From NCBI RefSeq assembly GCF_006345805.1, contig NC_042998.1:163432001-163496000 (forward strand): a DNA stretch of 64,000 nucleotides. Reading direction: 5' to 3'. Position numbers and translations under genes: made by a program. The notes beneath the pieces are model-generated. The model was given only the letters and a program-made list of their open reading frames with translations, had not been told where the DNA came from and did no database searches. Origin of the DNA: Octopus sinensis (lineage: Eukaryota). The stretch's first letter is position 1. Every line of letters begins with the position of its first letter. This document shows positions 49,603 through 61,975 of this stretch, piece after piece.

Positions 49603-50329
49603 GTACCCTGCCAGTTGCTTCTACAGATATTTTAATAGAAATTAGAGCCAGCACTGATTTGTTATGATGTTTCATATCTGAATATGTCTAATGTAAACAA
49701 TGCAATCAAAGATGGGAAAATAGGTAAAGGTTGTAAATGCATATTCCAGAAGTTCTTGCTCCTTCTATAGTGCCACATCCAACCCTTTAACCATCCATGA
49801 ATTCATTGCTTAAATAGCTACTATATATAGTGGTGTAACACTCCTGGAGATACCAATTTTGCATTCTTATGTCTTTAATGACAAGACTCAGACATGTTGC
49901 ATTGGCTCTTTAAAGCACCTCCTCGTTTGTGATCTTGTCTTACCATCTAATGCTCAAAATGTTTTGGAGGCATCTTTGTTGGAGAGTAATATGTGTATTT
50001 ATTCTATATACCGTCTTTTCATGATATCTTTTTGGGAAAATCAGAGTGAAGTATGGAATTGCCATAGAATGTATTATGAGAATTCTACTAAAATGAACTA
50101 CATACTACTCAATAAGTCTACAGACCTCAAAGAAAAGATGTGTGTATGGGGCGGGAATGACACACAAGCATATTCTTTCTTAAAAAGAACACTTTGTAGT
50201 TAAGATGTGGTTTGAAGCTTTGACTGTTGCTTCTAGTAGTTTAAATACCTGAAAAGAGCTTCCCCGTTAGCTTCTGTGTATGTCTATATATGTAGCTCTC
50301 CAAGTATTTGTATAGGTTGTGTATGTATA

Positions 50330-50960
50330 TCATGTGTGCTTTTGTATGTATGCTCTGTGTGTCTATGTATGTATTTGATATGTGTTTTTATATGCGTGTA
50401 CATAATGTGTACTTGGGTGTGTGCATTTTGTGTTTGATGTATGTGATTTGAGATTGGTGCATGTACGGTTGGCTGGTTGCTTGGCTGTATTCATGTAATG
50501 TAATGGAATGCTGTATGTATATGTTGTATGTATGTTGTCTTTGTTATAAATGGGTTTATGTTTATATTTGTTGTGTACATGTAGATTATCTGTATGCATG
50601 TTTGATGTGCTTGTTTGTCTATGCATGTATAATTGTGTATATATGTATGCCTGTATGTATACAGTGTGTATGTGTATATTGTGTGCTTATATGTATATAT
50701 ATAGAAAAAGTATGTATGCAGTGAGTACTTGTATGTGTCTTGTATGTTGTGTTTATGCTTGAATGTATCTGTGTCATGTAGACTTGTATGTGTATCGGTA
50801 TGTACTGATGCATGCTTGTGTGTATGGAAGCAGTGTGTTCTGTTTGTGTGTATATGTACATAGTATATTTTTATGTTGTGTGCTTATGAGTCCACGTATA
50901 TCTCTGCTTCGATGTGTGTATATGCACATATAAGCTTACATACATATATATGTGCATGCA
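50330..50960. repeat. Cryptic (TG/TA)-rich simple sequence
   Basis: Highly degenerate tgta/tgtg repeats. Confidence 0.8.
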
Positions 50961-51786
50961 TGCGTGTGTGTGTATAGCCTATACATACATATTTACCGTC
51001 TCTTTTGTGTGTGTTGATGCCCACAATAAAAGATGAAGAAACAAAATGTTCAAGTGTGAACAATAATTTGTGAGAGCTGATTTGACTATAGTGAACAGTT
51101 GCTCTTCCCTGAGTTGTTTCATATACAGAGTTCAGCCAGTTAATTATCTCCTCTAATTCCCAGATGAGCTAAACTTAAGGAAAGTTAACTATTCTTCTGG
51201 GTAACATTGTCTTGCATTTTTCTAGTCATCATTTCTCTGGTTCTTTCACCTATCTTAAATGATCTGCAGCTCATCACATTTACTTGATTGTACGATGTCA
51301 CGCAGACAATTACTTCATTGCCACCTTTTACACATACACACACACATGCATGCACATACACACACACATACATACATACACTGGCACATGTTTACACAAC
51401 GTATTCCTTTCTTCTTTCTTTCTTCTCAAGCAAGATACACAAGTGACAGAGTTGGTTGAAAGAGAGGAAGTGATGTGGGGGGTGGGGGGTTGGCTGACTG
51501 GCTGGCGGGCTGGCAGATGAGTTGGTTTGTTGGTTGGCTGGTTGTATGGTGAAATAGATGATGACAGCAACAATTTGAAAGAAAGTGTTACTGAATGTAT
51601 ATATGTGTGTGTGTGTGTGTGTTCTGTCTTTCACCTGTTTCGGTCATTGAATTGCAGTCATACTGGAGTACTCCTTGAAGGGTTTAGTTGAACAAGTCAA
51701 CCCCAATACTTTTTTTTCTTTTGTAAGTCTGGTACTTATTCTATTTGCTGAACTGCTAAGTTACGGGGATGTAAACAAACCAATAC

Positions 51787-52021
51787 CTATTTCTTTATTA
51801 CCCACAAGGGGCTAAACATAGAGGGGACAAACAAGGACAGACATAGGTATTAAGTCGATTACATCGACCCCAGTGCGTAACTGGTACTTTAATTTATCGA
51901 CCCCGAAAGGATGAAAGGCAAAGTCGACCTCGGCGGAATTTGAACTCAGAACGTAACGGCAGATGCAATACCGCAAAGCATTTCGTCCGGCGTGCTAATG
52001 TTTCTGCCAGCTCGCCGCCTT
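51787..52021 (-). mobile_element. Young full-length family B SINE nested in a family A SINE
   Basis: CpG-rich and complete from taaggcggcgagctggc to aaagaaata; aatacc occurs on both sides (putative TSD). Confidence 0.9.
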
Positions 52022-52524
52022 AAAAATACCAGTTGTCAACAGGGAACAAACACAAAACCAACACACGCACACACACACATACTCACTCACTCACTCACTC
52101 ACGCTCTCACGCTCTCACGCACATAAAAGACAGGCTTATTCCAGTTCCCATCTTACAAATCCACATACAAGGTTTAGTTCAGTTGAGGCTAGTGAAAGAC
52201 ACCCAAAGTACCTTGCAATGGAACTGAACCCAAAACCATGTGGTTGGGAAGCAAATATGTATATATTCTTTTATTATTTTACTTGTTTCAGTCATTTTAT
52301 TGTGACCATGCTGGCACACCGCCTTGAAGGGTTTTAGTCGAACAAATCGACCCCAGGACTTTTTTTAAGCCTAGTACTTATTCTATCAGTCTCTTTTGTC
52401 AAACTGCTAAGTTACTAGGACATAAGCACACCAACACTGATTGTCAAGCAGTGACGGCAGGGTGCAAACACTGGCACAAAGACACACACACACACACACA
52501 CATACAGACATATATATATATAAG

Positions 52525-53753
52525 CAGGGTGTGTAAGATATCTGAGGACATATGTATGTTTATAAAAAAACAGTTATGTAATAACAGATAATAACTTAAT
52601 TTATCAAACAATGCTATGAGGATAAAAATAAACCTTCTTTTCTATAATCTTATTCAATAAAGCCACCTTCAGCTCCAACAACTGCTTCTATATGAGATCT
52701 AAATCATCTACATGCTCGCATCAAGTGGTCCTGGTTCATTTTGGACATTACTCTGACTTTGGCAGCTTTCAAAGAAATTTTGGTGTTATGGGCATGCTCA
52801 TTGGCCTCTCTTTCAACAATGTTCCACATGTAATAGTCCAATGGATTGTGATTTTGAGAATTAGGAGTCTAAATGTTAGGGATTATGTGATCATGAAAAT
52901 TTTCAGCCATCCATTCTTGTGTTCCTAGAGCCATGTGTGATAGTGCAGAGTCTAACTGAAGCACATATGACCTTCCATTGCATACACTGTCTATCCAGGG
53001 CTTAACAATTATTTCTAGAACCTCAATGTAGGTGGCATAGTTAATTCTAAGGCCTTGTGGAAAGAAGTGAGGTTTCACATGTCCCTCATTGCTGACACCC
53101 TAAAACCATGACAGTTGCAGCATAACACTTGGAACTTCAGAAGGGTCTGCACATTACTTCAGTTAACTTTTTGATCTTGGTCAAAGATTTTCTCATTTGA
53201 GAAAAACCAAATCAAACCTTCTGCTGGTTTTTCAGTTTGTTTAAGAGCCTTTTAGATCTGATGTAGTGATTTTCTTTTGCTTTTTCTGACAAATTTGCAT
53301 TTCCTCATCATATAAGACTTATATCTGATGTCTTTGTGGACAACATTTCTGACTGTTCCTTCTGATACAAGGAAATCTTTTGCAATTGACCTCATGGACT
53401 TTCTGGAATTGTAATCAATGGTCTGTTGAACTTGCTGGATAAATTCAAGTGTTCTGATGATTTCAAAGTGTTTAGAATGCTTTTTATGCTTTGATACTGG
53501 TGATATGTTTCCATCTTCAGTCTCTAGCTTCTTACAAACTTTGTAGATGAAAGACCTGGCAACTTTTTAAAATCAAGATATTCCTAAATCACTATGCTCA
53601 GCCTTTATAACCACAATAACAGCATGCCTCTTCATTTCTTGAGTAAGGTGCGGGTCTGCCATTATTATTTTCTGAAACAATGATTATACAGAGTTAGCAA
53701 AAATGCAGCAATGACCCAAAAAAGGTATATCCTCAAATACCCTATGCACCCTG
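52525..53753 (-). mobile_element. Full-length decayed DD37D (maT-type) transposon
   Basis: TIRs cagggtgtgtaagatatctgaggacata / tatatcctcaaataccctatgcaccctg; MKRHAVIV...SMRSIAKDF, QLDSALSH and NPLDYYMW motifs; 37 residues between the last two Asp. Confidence 0.9.
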
Positions 53754-53767
53754 TGTGTATATATATA

Positions 53768-54139
53768 TCTCTCTATATATAAACGGCAGTTTGTCTGTGC
53801 GTGTTTCTGTGTGTCTGTTTGCTTGTACCCTCACCCTGACCACAGCTTTCAACCGATTCTGATGAAACTTGACACACACATAGCCCAATGTCATAATTCA
53901 AAACTAACGCAGCGAAAATTTTGAAAAGTTCCCCCAGTTCTGAAAAAAATCGATAAATTCGACATGGGGTCGACAATCAGAAACACAAACCACAGACTGT
54001 CTAGGGGACGCAACTCGACCTTTTTAACTAAAAAAAAAATTTACCATCATTTTTTTTCCATTTTTTGGCTATAACTCTCTAAAAATGCTTTATAGTTATT
54101 TCCCTTACAAACCCGAGCAACGCCGGGCGATACTGCTAG
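53768..54139 (+). mobile_element. Complete 372-bp non-autonomous Helitron
   Basis: A|TC start, subterminal hairpin cccgagcaacgccggg, CTAG|T end; inserted between A and T with no TSD. Confidence 0.85.
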
Positions 54140-54173
54140 TATATATATACATACATACATACATACATATATA

Positions 54174-55262
54174 CAGGGATGGACAAAATAATGGAAACAC
54201 ACAGCATCATAATTTTGAAATATCTATAAAACCGTCAAAAGCTTGTTTATTTTTATGCTTTTTGATTTATTATTAGTGTTGCTTAATATGTTTTGCTAAA
54301 ATTACTGTTTCTTTTCAAATATCATCAGTAAAAGGTAATTAAATTCATTAACAAAAGAGTTCTATCGGACTTTCAAAGTGGTCAAATTGTTGATGCTCGT
54401 ATGGCAGGCACTAGCATAACAAAAACAACCGAAATGTTTGGTGTATCAAGAAGTACTGTCTCAAAAGCAATGACAGTCTTTTAGAAAGAGGGAAAAAACC
54501 TCCTCGTCGAAACCAGAAGAAAACCAAAACTTTCAGATAGGGACCATCGGACTCTTACGCAAATTGTTAGAAAGGTTCACAAAAGTACAGCTCCCCAAAT
54601 TACTGCAGAGCTTAATGACCACCTCAAGAACCCAGTTTCCACAAAAACTGTTCGCCGGGAGCTGCACAAAACCAGATTTCACGGGAGGGCTGCAATAAGG
54701 AAATCAATACTTTAAAAAGAAATGTTGCAAGGTGTTTAGAGTGGTGTAAAAACATACAGGATTGGTCTCTAGAGCTGTGGAAGAATGTTATTTTCTCAGA
54801 CAAGTCATCCTTTACCCTATTTCCGACCACCAGCCGAGTATACGTGTGGAGACAGCCAAAACAAGCATTTGACCCAGACTGCCTTCTTCCAATTGTTAAA
54901 CATGGAGGAGGATCTGTGATGATCTGGTGGGGCTATATCTTGGAAATCAGCTGGCCCAATGGTTTCCCTTCATGGCAGAATTAATATAGTCAAGACTAAG
55001 CAATTTATGTGATCAAATTCATCCTATGGTTGCAGAACTGTCTTCTGGAGAGAAACACAATCTTTAAGGATGATAATGCACCAATTCACACAGCTAAAAT
55101 TGTTACTGAATGGCATGAGGATCATTCTAGTGAAGTTGAACATCTTATCTGGCCACCACAGCCCTCAAATCTCAATATTATTTAACATTTATGGTGCATT
55201 TTAGAAATACAAGTAAGGAATTGATATCCTCCACCATCATCGCTACAAGAACTGGAGACTGT
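54174..55262 (+). mobile_element. Decayed Tc1-like transposon with DD36E spacing; right end missing
   Basis: TA|cagggatggacaaaataatggaaacac left end; LSDFQSGQIV, VIFSDKSSF, VKHGGGSVMIW, DDNAPIH and WPPQ..LNII motifs. Confidence 0.88.
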
Positions 55263-55949
55263 TATTTTGGTATAGTTTCTATGACCAGATCCTCTTTGTA
55301 ATGTCAACCACTTTACAGTGTGTACTGGGTACTATTTTTTTTGTGTGTCTCTACTGCTAGTAAGGCTATCAGGCAGGTAACTTACTAGACAATAAAAGGC
55401 AATAGAAGGAAAAAAAAAAGTTCTTTTGACTCAGTGAGAGTGGGCGGGATGGGTGGGGCTGATATTGAGAGGAATATAACTATGTATAAATAAAATTAAC
55501 ATCTGCTTTTCTATGCTGTCATGAATAGACTAGGCTTTTTGTTGTGGTGTTTTTTTCACCAGATGCCTTTCCTGTTGCCAACCTTTGTTGCCTCTGAAAA
55601 CATACAAGGAGCCAGTGTATCTACTCTACAACTGGAAAACACTTTCATACATTTACACACACAGGTGGAAGGATGCATGGGTTCTACAAGCACCATTACA
55701 TGTAAACCATCTAAAAGAACAGTAACTCCGAACAAAAACTGATTTTTTTTAAAAATTAAATTTTCAGATAGACATTTTTAATGAAATGTTATTTTTAATA
55801 TAAAATAAGTGCTACCAAATCACAACAATTACATGTAGAATAATTTTCAAAATAAACTAGAAACAAAATTTCCATCTGAAGGTTTAATTTTTTAAAATCA
55901 CATAGACATCTTGAAAATATCTAGATAGATACATAGTACCAAGAGTTCA

Positions 55950-56340
55950 CTTGCTTCTCCAGGTGGTTCATTGTTCTTGTGATCACATTAAAGGTTTCAA
56001 TATTTTTCTCTCACAGCTGGGAGGAGGTACTTGCCATTTTGAGTCACCCTTGTCACTGGATCTATCATCTTCACAGTGGAGATAGTGACTAGTCACTCCT
56101 AACATTTCCAGAAAGTGCCATTTTACATATCTTCTCCTGCATCTTTGTGCCGGTGCCCAATTTCTTTAATGTAGATCTCAAGGATGTTCATTAGATCTCT
56201 GGGATGTTCAGTCATTTGGTTGCTGGAATATCATGCACTTATGCAATGTTGAAATACCATGAATTCTATAATTTCCTGTCTTGTGAGTGTAAGAGTATTC
56301 AACAGGTGTTGCATGCAGGGTCACAGTTGCTCTTTTCTAG
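55950..56340 (-). mobile_element. Possible heavily decayed piggyBac-like transposase C-terminal remnant
   Basis: Fragmentary QRCRRRY and PSCERK..FNVI-like stretches resemble a Cys-rich tail; no clean ORF. Confidence 0.25.
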
Positions 56341-56423
56341 TCACATAACTGTTTCCTTTGTTGCTACTGTTTTATAAGATGTACAGTTACGAACAGTTAT
56401 GTGTTGAGCTTGCAGAATTGTTA

Positions 56424-56532
56424 GTACTAGCTACGGTGGTACATATTCTAGAATGGGAATGATACAGGGATGATTAGCATGGCCCTTGCGCAAAGATGAC
56501 ATGCAAATTCATGAAGCATTCCATATTTTTTT
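56424..56532 (+). pseudogene. RNU6: Full-length U6 snRNA copy (retrocopy or variant)
   Basis: Colinear with U6 from the 5' stem-loop through gatacagggatgattagcatggcccttgcgcaaagatgac to ccatattttttt; about 17 differences from human U6 as I recall it. Confidence 0.95.
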
Positions 56533-56765
56533 AGGGCGGTGAGCTGGCAGAATCGTTAGCACGCCGGGCGAAATGCTTAGTAGTATTTCGTCTACCGTTA
56601 CGTTCTGAGTTCAAATTCTTCCGAGGCTGACTTTGCCTTTCATCCTTTTGGGGTCGATAAATTAAGTACCAGTTACGCACTAGGGTTAATGTAATCGACT
56701 TAATACCTTCGTCTGTCCTTGTTTGTCCCCTCTATGTTTAGCCGCTTGTGGGCAATAAAGAAATA
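56533..56765 (+). mobile_element. Young full-length family B SINE directly abutting the U6 3' end
   Basis: agggcggtgagctggcagaatcgttagcacgccgggcg ... gggcaataaagaaataa. Confidence 0.92.
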
Positions 56766-59316
56766 AGAATCGTTAGTACATTGGGCAAAATGCTTGGCAG
56801 CATTTCATCCATCTTTCTAAATTCAAATTCCACCAAGGTCAACTTTGCCTTTCATCCTTTCAGGATCAATAAAATATGTACCAGTTGAGCACTGGGTTGA
56901 TGTAACTGGTTTACCTATTTCTCCATGTAAGAGAGAGCAAGAGGGGGAGTAGAGTAAGAATATAAATACATACCACACATACACAGGCACACACATATGC
57001 ATTACCTTTAATTCTTTAGAAAGTGATTCTTTAGAGATGGTCATACATTTCATTTTGTATTAGTTTATCAGACGAATATGATGTATGATTCAGTAAATGA
57101 AATTTATATCTAAAAATTGGAAAGACTGTTTGAAAACATAGATTTTCTAAAACTGAAGATGATAGAGAAATTGTATATTATTCTGAAAGGAAGAAGAGAT
57201 TACCAGGAGTTGAAAATTTGTGATGAGAAAGAGAAGGATGGATTACAATGAAATGCTAGAAGATGTAGTTTTTTTCTACAACTTCTCTCTCTCTCAATAT
57301 ATATATATATATATATATATATACCAATACAAAATTTAGTTCTTTAGATGAAAGAATATGAAAGGGAAGTGAAAGGTAGAATATATAAAATTTCAAAAAT
57401 AAAGTAAATAGCATTAAGTAATAAGCTGCTATAATTAGGGGTTTAAATCTTAATTATGTTAGCGGATCAAGTGAAGGAGAAAAAAAGAACATTTCTTCAA
57501 GGAATACATGCCAAGTAAAAGTATTCGGGTAAGTTAAGTCGCCAACATACTCGGTTAGCAGTCTTGGATGTAATGTGTATAATTAATGCTTAAAATCTTT
57601 AGAGATTTTAACATCAGTATTGTGTTACGGTGTGAAACAAGGTGGTGTTATAGATCCAGAGCTTTGCCACAAAATAGTTGCAGGCAAGCTTGAAAAGTGC
57701 ATTTCCAAAAAATTGAGGCAGTTATGAAATATGGGATGAAGATAAACTGAGTGAAACTGATAAACTAATGATGAAATTGAATGACTTTGCTTTCATGTTT
57801 TTCATAAACTATTTTGATGCCAGGTGCAAACATGGCTGTGTGGTTGAGAAGTTTGTTTCCCAATCACATGATTTTGGGTTCGGTGCCACTGCATAGCACC
57901 ATATGCAAGTATCTTTTACTATAGCCTTGAGTCAACCAAAGACTAATGAGTGGATTTTGTTGATGGAAACTGAAAGAAGCCCATCATATATGTATGTATG
58001 TATGTATGTTGTCCTGAGTGGTGAGGTTCCATTTCGGGAGTTCTGGAGTTGTGAGGAGCATGAAGTCACCACTTAATTACCATTATTCCTGGGTATCTTC
58101 TGACTCGGAATGGTAGTACCTGTAAGGGTCCCATGTGTGGGTTAAATAGATATCCCAGGAATAGAGGAGGTTCCCATTATATTTGACAAAGTTGTGGGGA
58201 AGGCAACTTTTCTAGGAGGAAGATACTGTGACATAAAACTTGCTGTCAAAATAATACCAATCATCTTGCATTGTTTGTCACTGGAAACTACAATGGCAGA
58301 AGTACTGTACAAGCTTTTGTCACTTAAATCTCGAGTGTGGCACTATCATTTCATTTTCTGGTCTGTTTTGCATTTAAATAAAGACTCATGGCAATGGATG
58401 CATGACAATGTGTAAAGTCGTATCTGTGCACAAGTGGGGATGAAAGTCAATTAGGCTGAATATGAGACAATTATTATCTGACAAGATTCAACAATCATCA
58501 TATATGTTTGTGTATTTGTGTGTGATTGTCTTGACAATGTGTATTTGTGGTATCACACAAGTCATTTGTTTCCACTATTCCATGGAAACATATTTAGCCA
58601 TGATGAAATTGTTATGATGAAAAACACAAAAATAGTCATGATTTTAAATGTGAAAATTTTTTTTTTTTTATTGTTCAGAAAATAAATGTTGTTACTTGAA
58701 AGAAATAATGTTTACACAAAAATAGTTCAAAGTTTATATGAGATGTTGTTGGATCAGGAAGCCACTAGTGTTTTTTTTTTGGAATTGTCTGGTTAGGATG
58801 TGTTGATACTGTTGTCCATTGTTTTGGTGTTGTTCTACTGCTCTGGTTTACTGCTTCAGTTTGCTATTTAGTGACTAAAATGCGTTGAATATATAGTGAT
58901 CTTTTTGGTCAGAGATGAAATTGGTGATTCAATCAACAGAATGACCTGCTCATGAAATTAAAGTGCAAGTGACTGAGCACTCCACAGACATGCATACCCT
59001 CAATGTAGTTCTCAAAGAGAGTCAGCATGACACAGTATGTGAGAAGACAAGCTCATTTTTGCTAGCTCAGTAGAGTGGAGCAATCTGAAATAAAGTATTT
59101 ACTGAAGACTGAACTCATGACTTTGCGATCATAAGCCAAACTCCCTAAGCCCCAGCTTCACTCACTCACACACACACACACATGTACAACAAACTTCTGT
59201 TCATTTCATCACCACTAAATTCCATTCCAGGATATAGTAGACAATCACCATGCAGTGATACTGAACCTGCGATCACGAGGTTCACACATATCTTCACTTG
59301 CACTCAGACACATCTA

Positions 59317-59349
<33 letters not shown>

Positions 59350-59579
59350 TACCTAGCATGTCAAACAATCCACTAAAAATCAGAATCGTCATGTTGAAAA
59401 AGTAAACCAGATTTCTTACGCTTCTGTTCCTGGGTAGTAGAAGCCATATGTGTACCCGCACCAAATCTATTTTATAAACACACCTATTGTACAGGACTTA
59501 AGTTGTTTATAAGAAAACAGATTTACGCATTACTGAATGTAGGTGTGCTGAGAAACCCAAGGAAGAACTGTGGGATATA

Positions 59580-59619
<40 letters not shown>

Positions 59620-59642
59620 TACTTACATATAAACATACATAC

Positions 59643-59682
<40 letters not shown>

Positions 59683-59895
59683 AAGTGGGGAGATGGAGAA
59701 AGAAGTAGGTTTGTAAACCATGTGTTATGTGTGTGTGTGTGAAGTGGAGGAGTGGCTTGTATGCGTGTTGTGGCAAGAGCTTCGGTTTTGGAGTTGCAAA
59801 TCTTCTAAAACGTTAATGTCACATGAAAGGGGTTTTGTTTGGTTTCGTGAACAAAGAATGGTAAATAGAGTTGTGATAAAATTTGTACACATGCA

Positions 59896-59938
<43 letters not shown>

Positions 59939-60092
59939 ATCCCCTATGCATACGTATATGTGTATACACACACATATATGCTTATGTATATGTATGTACA
60001 TGTGTGTATGTATATATATATATATTTATATATATACACGTTTGTGTACATAGGTATATATATATGTGCGTGTATGTATGTATACACACAGA

Positions 60093-60133
<41 letters not shown>

Positions 60134-60142
60134 TTGTTTTTC

Positions 60143-60173
<31 letters not shown>

Positions 60174-60389
60174 AAACAAAAGAAGGAAAAAAATATGGTA
60201 CAGAATTATGTGCCTGCGAGAAGTTTTGGTGTCTTATCTGTTTATAGAGAACAAAGAAAAACCAAACAAAAAAAAACAACGTCCGTATGGAAAAAAATAA
60301 ATAAAAATAGACAATAAAAAAACAAAATAAATGATGGAAGTGTATGGTAGTGTCAACCTTTTTTTTCTTTTTTATTTTATCCTCTTTAG

Positions 60390-60430
60390 ATGCTGCTGAC
60401 ATCATAATTGCTTCTTTAGCTGAAATGGAA
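60390..60430 (+). CDS. Best-supported candidate exon of an unidentified host gene
   Basis: ~28-nt pyrimidine tract then ctctttag; donor GAA|gtgagt; single open frame (D)AADIIIASLAEME. Confidence 0.5.
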
Positions 60431-60504
60431 GTGAGTCAGTAAGAAAGTGGAGAGAGTGAGATTGAGAAAATGGAAGTTGTTTCATCAATTATTTACACAC
60501 ACAC

Positions 60505-60556
<52 letters not shown>

Positions 60557-60718
60557 CAACAACAACAATAACAGTGATAATAATAAAATAAAAACAGGAG
60601 AGAAAAATAGGTGCAAGAACATAGCAAAAGTGTTTTATGGCAAAGTCAATTGCATAAACTTTTATACAAATACATGTCCCGCCTGTCTCTCTTACCCTTT
60701 GTGTGTGTATATATACAG

Positions 60719-60771
<53 letters not shown>

Positions 60772-61013
60772 CCTTCTGCTCTCTCTCTCTCCAGTTTTAT
60801 TCTGAACATACACCTTGAACATCATTCTTGTCCCGAATGACTGTCCCATTTTTTGAGGATTATATCCTAGTCTTACGTTATCTGATACGGCCTTCTGCTT
60901 TGGTGTGATTGATAGAGTATTAGTTACCATTTCTAGCTTGTCAAGTGGCCTTGCAAACTATGTTCCTGCTTCTTGTTGTTGCTGCATTATTCCAGGTCTA
61001 TCTGGAATATACT

Positions 61014-61316
61014 TGGAGGCGCAATTGCCCAGTGGTTAGGGCAGCAGACTTGCGGTCAGAGGATCGCGGTTTCAATTCCCAGACCGAGCGTTGTGTGTGT
61101 TTATTGAGCGAAAACACCTAAAAGCCCCACGAGGCTCCGGCAGGGGGTGGGGTGGTGGCGAGCCCTGTTGTACTCTTTCGCCACAACTTTCCTGTTTCTT
61201 GAGTAACACTGCAATGAACTGGCGTTCCGTCCAGCTGGGGGAACACATACGCCACAGAAACCGGGAAACTGGGCCCATGAGCCTGGCTAGGCTTGAAAAG
61301 GGCGACATTTTTTTTT
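61014..61316 (+). mobile_element. Full-length SINE family C (tail type 2)
   Basis: Head tggaggcgcaattgcccagtggttagggcagcagacttgcgg...ggtttcaattcccagacc; tail matches 11085-11296. Confidence 0.9.
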
Positions 61317-61797
61317 ATCTTGAACATGCAGACATACCTTCAACAGCATTCTTGTTCTAAATGATTCAATCTTTTGAGGGCCGTATCCAAGTCTACATTA
61401 TCTAATATGGTCAAATGATAGGTATGATTTGATAGAGATTTAATTGCTATTTCTAGCATGTCAAGTGACCTCATAAAGTATGTCTTGGCTCCTTGTTGTT
61501 ATTTAGTCTTATGTCAATCCCAATTAACCAGACTGATGATCAAATACATTCCATCCTTGAGCATCCGAGATTTCTTTCAAGCATTGAATGTCTACAACTA
61601 CATTACCCATCAGATCTCAGCCCCCACCCCATTCTCTCCCCCCTCTCTCTTTCTCCCCCCTCTCTCTCTCTCTTTATCATTTCAAGAACATATGATGTAC
61701 TTTGAGGGAGATTTGGTTATTATTTCTAGGTTGAATTACCATCTAAGATTACATATGAAACTCAATGGCATTGATTTTTGCATTAATTCTTGAACTG

Positions 61798-61800
61798 ATA

Positions 61801-61874
<74 letters not shown>

Positions 61875-61975
61875 GTCTGTCTGTCTGTCTGTCTGTCCGT
61901 CCGTCCGTCCGTCCGTCCGTCCGTCCGTCCGTCCGTCTGTCTATCTTTTTGCCCATCTATCTATCTATCTTTCTT
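61798..61975. repeat. Compound tetranucleotide microsatellite (TCTG)n-(TCCG)n-(TCTA)n
   Basis: Visible directly in the sequence. Confidence 0.95.

Larger units (their letters stand above)
56401..56910 (+). mobile_element. Older family B SINE split by the U6+SINE insert
   Basis: Head at 56401-56427 resumes at 56766; agaat(t/c)gttagtac is duplicated at 56414-56427 and 56766-56779. Confidence 0.8.

Noticed and set aside
56340-56532. Functional U6 gene at this locus
   Set aside because: It is embedded in a SINE head; the nearest TATA-like word (56371-56377) is about 50 nt upstream rather than about 30; ACAGAGA is altered and CpG decay affects the 3' pairing region.
57463-57730. GVKQGGVI as an RT motif, or a two-exon unit with a 74-nt intron
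   Set aside because: No other RT motifs nearby. Plausible exon readings exist on both strands and the phases need a weak acceptor, so it cannot be called.
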